Shown: one piece after another, positions 18,558 to 26,980 of the stretch
How the letters are laid out: every line of letters begins with the position of its first letter
Position numbering within the stretch: the first letter of the stretch is position 1
The notes under the pieces: generated by a model
Database searches by the model: none
What the model was told of the DNA's origin: nothing
Seen by the model: the letters and a program-made list of their open reading frames with translations, nothing else
Program-made: the position numbers and the translations under genes
Origin: Candidatus Woesebacteria bacterium RIFCSPHIGHO2_01_FULL_39_32
GTDB lineage: Bacteria; Patescibacteriota; Microgenomatia; UBA8517
DNA: 64,000 nucleotides
NCBI GenBank assembly: GCA_001792345.1
Contig: MGGJ01000013.1
Span: 21,371-85,370, forward strand
Reading direction: 5' to 3'

Positions 18558-19175
18558 CTAGTTTCCAGTTTTAGACTTCTCTAAAAGCTGCTGTTCATAT
18601 TCCTCAATTGAAATATCCAAAGGGGTTTCGCCGGAACTTTTTCCAAAGCTGCAAATACCGACTCCGCAAGGTAAATTTCGATTAAACACTCCTGAATTAT
18701 ATTCGTCTTCGTCGACTCCTCCTTCGAGAAATGCGTAAAGCTGAAATCTGTTTGCACTCGAAAAATAAACGTAAGAAAATCCCTCATTCGTTTTCGGATC
18801 GGACGGAATTACTGCTAGGTAGGGAGTATATGAATCATCAGTTACGTCACGGAAAGAATCAACTCCGTACTCACAAGCTCGAAGACCTTGAAAAAAAAGC
18901 TCTCTATCAAAGGTTTCCGTATCTTTTATTTCCGTCAGAATCTCATTAAAATTGTTTCCTTTGCAGGCTCTAATTTTCCTCCCATCGCTTGGTGGGAAAA
19001 AACCAAATTCTTCTTGAAACTTATGAAGTGCATCGGAAATTGCACCCAGATCCGCCTTTCTTTGTACATCACGGCTTCGTCGAATAGAAGCTTGTAAACC
19101 AATAAAAGTTAGACCAAAAACCACTATAAAAATAAGAGTTACTCCAATTAATTCCTGTTTTGAAAATGGCTTCAT
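18558..19175 (-). CDS. pilin-like protein lacking Glu+5 (GspK/PilX-style)
   Basis: ELIGVTLIFIVVFGL then RDVQRKADL, typical of the pseudopilin N-domain. Start taken at MKPF so it does not overlap pilD. Confidence 0.4.
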   Translation of the reverse strand: MKPFSKQELIGVTLIFIVVFGLTFIGLQASIRRSRDVQRKADLGAISDALHKFQEEFGFFPPSDGRKIRACKGNNFNEILTEIKDTETFDRELFFQGLRACEYGVDSFRDVTDDSYTPYLAVIPSDPKTNEGFSYVYFSSANRFQLYAFLEGGVDEDEYNSGVFNRNLPCGVGICSFGKSSGETPLDISIEEYEQQLLEKSKTGN

Positions 19176-19996
19176 GGCATATATGGAATTATATATCGCG
19201 AGAGGCTTTCTCCCCAAAAAAGTGCTATAAAAAAGGAGAAAATTAAAAATGGACCAAAGGCTATATGTTTACCAAATGAGGCTCTTTTTAAAGAAATCAG
19301 AATTAGTCCTAAGATAGCACCTATTACAAAACTTAAAAAAATCCAAGTTATCGTTACCTGCCAAGTAAAAATAGGGGAAAGGGCAAGAACTAGTTTGACA
19401 TCTCCAAGTCCCATACCACGCCCCTTGGTTACAAGATGAAGCATTAAAAAGAAAAGTGATGCCGCAAAAGAAACAAAAAGTATTTCATATAGATTATCAA
19501 CTCTAAAAAGGATGAGTGCCATAATATTTACCACAAATAGTAAAAAAACCAAATTGTCGGGAATAATCTGATGTTCTAGATCGATTACAAAAATCGCAAC
19601 AAGGACTGTACTTACAAGTAGTAGATAGGGGAGTATCCACAATCCTAAAAGATCTGTCCATGCGCAAAAAGGGTTACCTTCAAAGGTGCCACCTTGCAAG
19701 ATAGTCGCACAATTAATGTAAAAATAATAAATTCCAGCGAAAAGTATACCTGTTGAAAACTCTATGAGGGGATAACGCAAGGAAATTTTATTACCACAAT
19801 ATCTGCATTTACCTTTGAGGAGTAGGTAAGAGATAAGGGGAATATTGTCAAACCAAGATATTTTTTTACCGCATCGATCACACTTAGACCGACCTTTTTT
19901 CACACTTATTGTCCTAGGCGAGCGGTATGTGTATAAAGTCAGAAATGAACCGATTATTAAACCAAAAATAAATATGAAGATTGATTGAATTACCAC
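19172..19996 (-). CDS. pilD: prepilin peptidase (A24 family)
   Basis: CDRCGKK...CRYCGNK zinc knuckle and a polytopic membrane domain. Confidence 0.85.
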   Translation of the reverse strand: MVIQSIFIFIFGLIIGSFLTLYTYRSPRTISVKKGRSKCDRCGKKISWFDNIPLISYLLLKGKCRYCGNKISLRYPLIEFSTGILFAGIYYFYINCATILQGGTFEGNPFCAWTDLLGLWILPYLLLVSTVLVAIFVIDLEHQIIPDNLVFLLFVVNIMALILFRVDNLYEILFVSFAASLFFLMLHLVTKGRGMGLGDVKLVLALSPIFTWQVTITWIFLSFVIGAILGLILISLKRASFGKHIAFGPFLIFSFFIALFWGESLSRYIIPYMP

Positions 19997-20128
19997 AACT
20001 TTAATTAAACTACAGAAGCTTAATCAAAAACAATACGTAGACACTAATTCCTTGCTCCCTTTTCACCTCGGAGGAGTCCCTTCGACTTCGCTCAGGGTAA
20101 ACTTTACCCTCCGAGGTGGTAAAAACAC

Positions 20129-20662
20129 TTAATTAAGACAAGCGGTCTCATCTACATCAGGACCAGGAGTCGTAGTTCCACAAACAACACAGCTTCTTCC
20201 GGCTAATGACAAATAAGAAGTGTATGCTCCGTCTGCTGTCGTACAAGTACCCATGTTCAAGTTCTGATCAGATTCAAGATTCGACCAAAGGATAAATGAG
20301 TCCGTATCAGATTCGTAACACCATCCGTTTTGAACAGTACCAGTCGCAGTAGTACACAGTGAAGTGAGTGAGTTCGTTACCTCCCCAGGAACTTGAGCTA
20401 TTTCACCTGATGTTGTTAATTCGGTAAAATCGACGGGATAAACACCACTATTAGTTGTGTAGTAAGCCTGAACCGCACGGCCAAGTTGAGCAACCGTATC
20501 TATTCTTCCTGCGTCTCTTGCTCTTGCTAACTGTTGAACAGGATTAATAGCCACTAGTACTACAACTGCTAAAACACCTAAGATCGCGATAACTATAAGA
20601 AGCTCAATAAGTGTAAAGCCCTGCCTGACGGCAGTCAGGCTTTTTTTAATATAGGCAGTCAT
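20129..20662 (-). CDS. pilA: type IV major pilin
   Basis: MTAYIKKSLTAVRQGFTLIELLIVIAILGVLAVV. C-terminal Cys pair. Strong SD (gggggtgag). The 212-aa extended ORF start is rejected. Confidence 0.8.
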   Translation of the reverse strand: MTAYIKKSLTAVRQGFTLIELLIVIAILGVLAVVVLVAINPVQQLARARDAGRIDTVAQLGRAVQAYYTTNSGVYPVDFTELTTSGEIAQVPGEVTNSLTSLCTTATGTVQNGWCYESDTDSFILWSNLESDQNLNMGTCTTADGAYTSYLSLAGRSCVVCGTTTPGPDVDETACLN

Positions 20663-20688
20663 AAATTCATTCTCACCCCCTTCACATT

Positions 20689-20716
20689 CTAACTTTCTTT
20701 TCAGAAAGAAAGTTAG
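20689..20716 (-). promoter_or_regulatory. perfect 12-bp stem/4-nt loop hairpin between the tandem pilin genes
   Basis: ctaactttcttt-tcag-aaagaaagttag, 27 nt upstream of the pilA1 start. Confidence 0.5.
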
Positions 20717-20809
20717 ACAAACAAAATATAAATAATAAAATTCTTTATTTAAACTAAATCTACTCAAGCGTGCGCCAGGCTAACAAATTTCTCCTGGCGT
20801 TTACACAAA

Positions 20810-21367
20810 TTATGGACAAGACGTACCCGCCCCCGGTTGAGCGCCGGCACAGTATACACAACCTCTACCGCTAGTTGATGAATAGAGAGCATAGGCTGGA
20901 TTAGTACCATTACAGGTACCTCCAGAGGTCTCATTCGTGCTCGCCTCCAGCCTTGCAAAGACAACGAAGGAAGAACCGCCAGTTGCATAACACCACGTAT
21001 TGTTTATGCGATTTGTTGTACAAGGCGTCTTCCCGGCTACATTATAGGCAATTGCTGATGGCACCTGCTTTATTTCTCCTGATAGAATAAGTACTTGGTT
21101 TGGTGGCGCCGTAACCCAACTGTTAGCTCCTGTTGCTGGGGGGTAAACACCATTGTGGCTTGTATAGTAAGCTTCGACTGCATGTCCAAGCTGTGTAACG
21201 CTACTTATTCTTCCCGCATCTCTGGTTCTTGCAAGTTGCTGAACAGGATTAATAGCTACCAAAACAACTACGGCCAAAACTCCAAGGATTGCAATAACGA
21301 TTAGAAGCTCAATAAGTGTAAAACCCCGCCTGACGGTAGGCAGGCTCTTTTTAATATAGGCAGTCAT
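20810..21367 (-). CDS. pilA: type IV major pilin paralog
   Basis: MTAYIKKSLPTVRRGFTLIELLIVIAILGVLAVV. The N-terminal ~70 aa are near-identical to the downstream paralog. Strong SD (aaggaggtga). Confidence 0.8.
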   Translation of the reverse strand: MTAYIKKSLPTVRRGFTLIELLIVIAILGVLAVVVLVAINPVQQLARTRDAGRISSVTQLGHAVEAYYTSHNGVYPPATGANSWVTAPPNQVLILSGEIKQVPSAIAYNVAGKTPCTTNRINNTWCYATGGSSFVVFARLEASTNETSGGTCNGTNPAYALYSSTSGRGCVYCAGAQPGAGTSCP

Positions 21368-21463
21368 ATTTCCTTAATTCTCACCTCCTTAAATGCTCAT
21401 ATTCAGTATTCACTAAATCCGACTCTAATGTCAATACCGATCTATCTTTTTCTTTGACTTAAG

Positions 21464-22708
21464 TTAGTTTCCAAGCTGAGTCGTCAAGTTATAAATCGGC
21501 ATAATTATCGATATAACCATTAGCGCGACGCCCACTCCAAGTACTATCAAAATAATCGGTTCAACTGCAGCAGTAAGAGCTTTTAGTTTTTGGTCGCTTT
21601 CAACTTCAAACACATGACTAATTTTTGATAAAACCTCATCCATTTTTCCCGTTTCCTCACCAACCGCAATCATTTGGGATAGGATAAAAGGAAAAGCCTC
21701 AGGATGACGCGAAAAAGCAAATGCAATTGGAAACCCTTTCTCAATCATCTTTGTAGCATCGATAAGCGCATCGGAAATTATCGAACTACCTACAACTTGT
21801 GAGGTAATAGTTAGAGACTCCATTATCGATACACCTGAACCGATCATTAGGGAAAGTGTCCTTGTCAGATCGGTCAAAATTATTTGCCTTTGAAGGTCTC
21901 CAATGAGAGGTAACTTAAGAGTAATTTCGTCAAATTTTCTTTTTCCGGCACTTGTATGTCGATAAATATTAATAGCATAAAAAATCCCTCCGATAGAGAG
22001 AAGCACGATCGGCCAAAAGCGAACCATAAAATTCGATACTGCTATTAACATTTTAGTCATAATAGGCAAATCTACTTCAAACTGCTCATAAAGGGTAGTT
22101 AACCGGGGAAGGACAAAAATAATCATAATTAATGCAACTGCAAGCATACCGAAAATTATGATAATCGGATAAATTAAGGCTCCTTTAACTTTTCCCCTAA
22201 ATTCAGCTTGTTTCTCCATATCATCAGCTAAGCGGGCAAGAACCTCGTCTAGTACTCCACCAATCTCTCCACTTCTAATAAGAGCAAGGTAAGTTTTTGA
22301 AAAAACTTGCGGGTACTTGCTCATGGCAGAACTTAATGCTTCACCCTCTTCAACATCCGCCAAAATTTGGGAGACAATCTTCGATAGAGATCCTTTCGCC
22401 TGAGACCGCAATATTACAAGAGCTTCGGTCAATGGAAGACCGGCATTAATCATCGTGGAGAGCTGTCTGGTTATTGTTGTTACATCTCCTACAGTTACTC
22501 GATCACTTATTTTTTTGAAAAAGTTAAGTGAAAATTCGGTCTTTGTATCCAAAGATATAACTACCAGACCTTGTTGTCGGACAAGCTTTGCGGCTTGATC
22601 TATGGTGGAAGCTTCTACTTCTCCAGCCACCAACTCACCTTTTTCGTTTTTTGCTTTGTATTTATATCTCTTCATGAGATAGTACAAAGAACAAAGCGCA
22701 AAGTTCAA
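21464..22708 (-). CDS. pilC: type IV pilus platform protein PilC (GspF family)
   Basis: Two GspF repeats and three TM segments. Confidence 0.9.
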   Translation of the reverse strand: MNFALCSLYYLMKRYKYKAKNEKGELVAGEVEASTIDQAAKLVRQQGLVVISLDTKTEFSLNFFKKISDRVTVGDVTTITRQLSTMINAGLPLTEALVILRSQAKGSLSKIVSQILADVEEGEALSSAMSKYPQVFSKTYLALIRSGEIGGVLDEVLARLADDMEKQAEFRGKVKGALIYPIIIIFGMLAVALIMIIFVLPRLTTLYEQFEVDLPIMTKMLIAVSNFMVRFWPIVLLSIGGIFYAINIYRHTSAGKRKFDEITLKLPLIGDLQRQIILTDLTRTLSLMIGSGVSIMESLTITSQVVGSSIISDALIDATKMIEKGFPIAFAFSRHPEAFPFILSQMIAVGEETGKMDEVLSKISHVFEVESDQKLKALTAAVEPIILIVLGVGVALMVISIIMPIYNLTTQLGN

Positions 22709-22757
22709 AGGTTAAAAAACTTTATCTACCTTTGTTCTATGTTCTTTGTCCTTTATT

Positions 22758-23819
22758 CTATTTAGAGGTTCTAACTAAACGCATCAATTCTTCTGGTCGG
22801 AGTGAAAAAGTCTGTGCCGTTTCAAGATCAAGCTTGCCGTCTTTTACGTGCTGGGCAAGTGACATTTCAAGAGTATTCATACCTACCTCGGTCGAAGTTT
22901 GTAGTATATTATCGATTTGGTGAGTTTTTCCTTCTCGTATCGTAGTTTTTATAGCTGAGGTTCCAAGCATTACCTCATAAGCTACCACTCGTCTTCCCGA
23001 AATCGAAGGAACTAACCTCATCGAAAAAACAGCTTCGATAACATTTGAAAGCTGCAGACGAACCTGTTCTTGCTGTTCCTCCGGAAAAACGTCGACAATA
23101 CGGTCAATAGTTTGAGCAGCAGAGTTGGTATGCAATGTTGCAAACACAAGGTGCCCGGTTTCTGCTACAGTCAAAGCCGAGGCAATTGTTTCATGATCGC
23201 GCATTTCACCAACAAGAACAACATCAGGATCTTCACGAAGAACGCTTCTTAATGCAATTTGCCATGAATGTGAATCAAATCCCATTTCTCTTTGAGAAAT
23301 AATTGACTTAATGGGTTTGAAAATAAACTCGATCGGATCCTCAATCGTCACAATATGTTCCGCGCGTGTACTATTAATCTCATTAAGCATCGCAGCCAGT
23401 GTTGTTGATTTTCCGTGACCAGTTGGGCCTGTTACCAAAATAAATCCTTGCCTAAGTCCCGTAAAAGAGTGCAAGATTTTGGGTAGTCCCAGCTTATCTA
23501 TTTCAGGAATTTCCAAAGGAATTCTTCTGAAAGCAATTGCAAGAGTCCCTTTTTGCGTATAGGCATTAACCCTAAAACGAGCATTTTGGTTAAAGGGAAG
23601 GGAGAAATCGATTTCTTTATTAACCGTAAGACGCTCCAGCTGCTCAGAGCTAAGAATTTCTTTGATAAATTTAATTACATGATCGGGTGTTAGGATTGGT
23701 TCATCGGGAATGGGGGAGAGAATTCCTTCAACCCTGAGGTGTGGAGGAATACCAGAAATGATATGTAGATCGCTTGCACTTCTATCGACTGTTAACTGTA
23801 GTAATTGCTTGATTTCCAT
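22758..23819 (-). CDS. pilT: twitching motility/retraction ATPase PilT
   Basis: GPTGHGKSTT Walker A, Asp box, His box. 353 aa. Confidence 0.9.
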   Translation of the reverse strand: MEIKQLLQLTVDRSASDLHIISGIPPHLRVEGILSPIPDEPILTPDHVIKFIKEILSSEQLERLTVNKEIDFSLPFNQNARFRVNAYTQKGTLAIAFRRIPLEIPEIDKLGLPKILHSFTGLRQGFILVTGPTGHGKSTTLAAMLNEINSTRAEHIVTIEDPIEFIFKPIKSIISQREMGFDSHSWQIALRSVLREDPDVVLVGEMRDHETIASALTVAETGHLVFATLHTNSAAQTIDRIVDVFPEEQQEQVRLQLSNVIEAVFSMRLVPSISGRRVVAYEVMLGTSAIKTTIREGKTHQIDNILQTSTEVGMNTLEMSLAQHVKDGKLDLETAQTFSLRPEELMRLVRTSK

Positions 23820-23820
23820 T

Positions 23821-25551
23821 TTATTCCTGAGCTACTCTTAGTACCTCCTCAACTGTAGTTATCCCTTCCAATGCTTTTAAGTAACCGTCTTGTTTAAGAG
23901 TAATCATTCCTTCCTCGCGTGCTTCCTTATCAATTTCTCCAGACGACGCCCTTTCTAATATTAGCCTACTAATTTTTTCAGTCACCGGCAATACCTCAAA
24001 AACCGCAATCCGCCCGTAATAACCTGAATTTGCACATTCTTGATCTCCCGTACCTTTGTATAAAGTATTATCCCGCGCCGATGGCCATAGGTTACCTAAA
24101 ACATTTTTCATTTCTTCAATCACTTTAGGTTCTCCCGAATAAGAAGTCTTACAATCTGCGTGTATTGTCCTTACAACACGCTGGGCAACTATTGCCGTAA
24201 CAGAAGAAGCAATTAGGAAAGGTTCGGCTCCCATATCAATCAATCGTGGCAGTGCACCGGATGAATCATTGGTATGAAGAGTCGCAAAAACAAGGTGTCC
24301 CGTAAGTGAAGCTTGTATGGCTAAATCCGCCGTTTCCTGATCACGAATTTCTCCAACTAAAATTATGTTCGGGTCTTGACGTAAAAAGGCTCTTAAACCT
24401 GAGGCAAAAGTAAGACCTGCCGCCGGATTAACTTGTACCTGATTTACTCCGGCAATTTTATATTCAATGGGGTCCTCTAATGTTACTATATTTACTTTGG
24501 GTGTATTTATTTTTTGAATTATTGAGTAAAGCGTTGTCGTTTTTCCACTTCCCGTTGGACCTGTTATAAGAATAATTCCGTGTGGCCTAAGTATTGCGTC
24601 TTGTAAATTTTTAAGGGCCCTACCTCGAAGACCCAACTCCTGCAATTCCGGAACTCCGCCGGTTTTTCTAAGTAATCTCATCACAATTTTTTCTCCCCAA
24701 GTAGTCGGAAGCGTAGAAACACGTAAATCAACTTCTTCATCTTCTGTTTTAAAATTAAAACGTCCATCTTGTGGAACGCGTTTTTCGTCAATCTTCATTC
24801 CCGACAGAATCTTGATCCTGGAAATAAGAGCATCATGAAGTTCTCTGGGAATTGTTAATTTTTCTTGTAAAATGCCGTCAATTCTATATCGAACCCGCGT
24901 TGCTCTTTCCTGAGACTCAATATGCACGTCCGAAGCCCTTGCCTTAACCGCAAAACCTAAGATATGAGTAACTATTTCTGCAACTTTTTCCTCACGAATT
25001 AAACCTGTTTTTGTTGCGTCAAGCGTTTTTATTTTGTCGCGGGAAGGAGATTCACGTAAAGCTTCTGAAACTTCTTTTGCAAGAGAGGTGGTGTAACCCG
25101 CTGCAATCATCGTCTCGATCTTTGCGGGATCGGCTGCGTGAGGCTTTACGATATAGCCTGTTTTTTGCTCGACGAATTCAATCGCAGTTAAGTTCAGGGG
25201 ATCTGCCATTGCGACAACAACTTGCTTGTTGGGGAGGTCAATTGAAACGGGGAAAACTTTAAATCTCATCGCAACCTCTTGAGGCAAGATTGACAGCGCT
25301 TCCGGGGAAACTGGAATATTAGTTAAATCGATATATGGAATGTTGTATAGAGCAGCTTTTGCTTTTACCAATGCTGATTCATCTACTAAGCCTTGATTTA
25401 TTATTATTTCTTCCTGGGGTTTGCCGGTCTGAATCTCAGAAAGTTTAATTTGTTCAGCACGAGCCGAGTCTAATGCTCCGAGAGAAACCAGAATATCTGC
25501 TAAAGTTTTGGAGTCTGAGTTAGTTAAAGATGATTGTGATTGGGCAGGCAT
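23821..25551 (-). CDS. pilB: type IV pilus extension ATPase PilB (GspE family)
   Basis: TGPTGSGKTTTLY and an N-terminal GspII_E-like domain. 576 aa. Confidence 0.9.
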   Translation of the reverse strand: MPAQSQSSLTNSDSKTLADILVSLGALDSARAEQIKLSEIQTGKPQEEIIINQGLVDESALVKAKAALYNIPYIDLTNIPVSPEALSILPQEVAMRFKVFPVSIDLPNKQVVVAMADPLNLTAIEFVEQKTGYIVKPHAADPAKIETMIAAGYTTSLAKEVSEALRESPSRDKIKTLDATKTGLIREEKVAEIVTHILGFAVKARASDVHIESQERATRVRYRIDGILQEKLTIPRELHDALISRIKILSGMKIDEKRVPQDGRFNFKTEDEEVDLRVSTLPTTWGEKIVMRLLRKTGGVPELQELGLRGRALKNLQDAILRPHGIILITGPTGSGKTTTLYSIIQKINTPKVNIVTLEDPIEYKIAGVNQVQVNPAAGLTFASGLRAFLRQDPNIILVGEIRDQETADLAIQASLTGHLVFATLHTNDSSGALPRLIDMGAEPFLIASSVTAIVAQRVVRTIHADCKTSYSGEPKVIEEMKNVLGNLWPSARDNTLYKGTGDQECANSGYYGRIAVFEVLPVTEKISRLILERASSGEIDKEAREEGMITLKQDGYLKALEGITTVEEVLRVAQE

Positions 25552-25653
25552 ACTTTATCAATTATGCCTTAATATTAGATATCGATCAAGGGAGTGATCT
25601 AAACAGCGTTTGTTTGTAAGTTCCAGAAGTGTTTGTATAAACCTTTTAGCTGC

Positions 25654-26376
25654 TTAAAAAAAATTCATATCTTTTATATCTTTATATGTGTTTATGTTTA
25701 AATATTCTGCCCGTTGTATATCAATCACGAAAACATCGTAATCGTTTTTTAAAGAAGTTTCCATAAAAACAGCAGTTCTTTTGCTGGGGCGAGAAAAAGT
25801 GTTCCTAAAATCGATAATGTGATCGGCATGTATTATTAAAGTGGGACCAGGAGACCATGTTGCATTTTGTTCCCTGTTAATACGTACTATTTTGTTATTA
25901 AGAGTAATAACTCTTGGTGGGATAAGTTTTTTAGGTTTCCATTTAGTAAAAATTGAGCAATGGTTTTCTTTAAATAATTTCACAAAGGACCTTAGCCAAG
26001 ACTTTTTATAAATTACATCTCCTGAGGTATAAAAAAGCGAACTTTTTCCGTCTAGAATTTTTTTACCATCACCAAATTTCAATATATCCATGTAATGCTC
26101 TGTACCGAACGGATGCAATGTTTTAATGTAATTATTTTTTGGCACATATCCCTTCAGCATCAGTAAATCAAATAATTCTGCCTGCCAGGAGTAGTTAAAG
26201 GATATCGTTATATCCTGAAAACCAAAATCAAGCAGAGTTCTTAGTTGATATGACACTAGAGGAAAACCATTAATATTGGCTAAGGATTTCGGAATCACCT
26301 CCATCGTCACCTTTTTAATTCTGCTGCCGTCACCCCCAGCGGCTATAAAAACTTTTATTCTCTTTTCATCAGTCAT
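25654..26376 (-). CDS. sugar-phosphate nucleotidyltransferase-like protein
   Basis: IAAGGDGSRIKK resembles the LAGGxGTRL NTP-transferase loop. Confidence 0.5.
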   Translation of the reverse strand: MTDEKRIKVFIAAGGDGSRIKKVTMEVIPKSLANINGFPLVSYQLRTLLDFGFQDITISFNYSWQAELFDLLMLKGYVPKNNYIKTLHPFGTEHYMDILKFGDGKKILDGKSSLFYTSGDVIYKKSWLRSFVKLFKENHCSIFTKWKPKKLIPPRVITLNNKIVRINREQNATWSPGPTLIIHADHIIDFRNTFSRPSKRTAVFMETSLKNDYDVFVIDIQRAEYLNINTYKDIKDMNFF

Positions 26377-26951
26377 TGTTTTACAATTTTTTCAATTTCT
26401 TCTCCAGATAGTTCATATGTATGATAGCTAATTAGATCAGTGCCCAATTTTTTCAGCTTCTTTCTAGCATTGAAATTTGCACATTCGATATAACTTATAA
26501 ATGCTTTAACCACAATGTTCTGGTTCTTGAGGGATTTTATTGCCGCAGAAGCGGTCTCTCCTGTTAAAATCTCGTCATCAATAAACATAATGCTATTTGG
26601 TGTTTCGATGTTATAAAGATATGCTGGTTCGTCGGGTATGTAAGGATCAAAAAGAGAGATTTTTACCGGCAAATCAAGATTATATTTGTAAGCAACTTTT
26701 AAAGGTTTTTGTAACTTTAAACTGAGGGCAACTGCCAATATGATTCCAGGGCGGTCTCTGGCAACAATGTAATTTGAATTTTTTCTAATGGAAAGGGGTA
26801 TTCTTGACACGATAACGTCTACTACCTTTTTCAATTCACTCGGCTCAACTTTGTTTTCAATACCATCACCTGTAAATGTAATTTTAAATTTCCTTTTCTT
26901 TTTCGGGTTATATCTTTTTGTAATTTTGACGTTGAAAATTTTTGGCACCAT
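26373..26951 (-). CDS. phosphoribosyltransferase-domain protein
   Basis: IMFIDDEILTGETA PRPP-binding motif. 4-nt overlap with the downstream gene. Confidence 0.6.
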   Translation of the reverse strand: MVPKIFNVKITKRYNPKKKRKFKITFTGDGIENKVEPSELKKVVDVIVSRIPLSIRKNSNYIVARDRPGIILAVALSLKLQKPLKVAYKYNLDLPVKISLFDPYIPDEPAYLYNIETPNSIMFIDDEILTGETASAAIKSLKNQNIVVKAFISYIECANFNARKKLKKLGTDLISYHTYELSGEEIEKIVKQ

Positions 26952-26980
26952 CTGATTTGTAAATATTTATTTCGTTATTA

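Noticed and set aside
20129-20767. 212-aa extended version of the first major pilin
   Set aside because: The N-terminal 35 residues are absent from the paralog. The internal Met at 20662 gives the conserved MTAYIKK…GFTLIE leader and is preceded by an SD.
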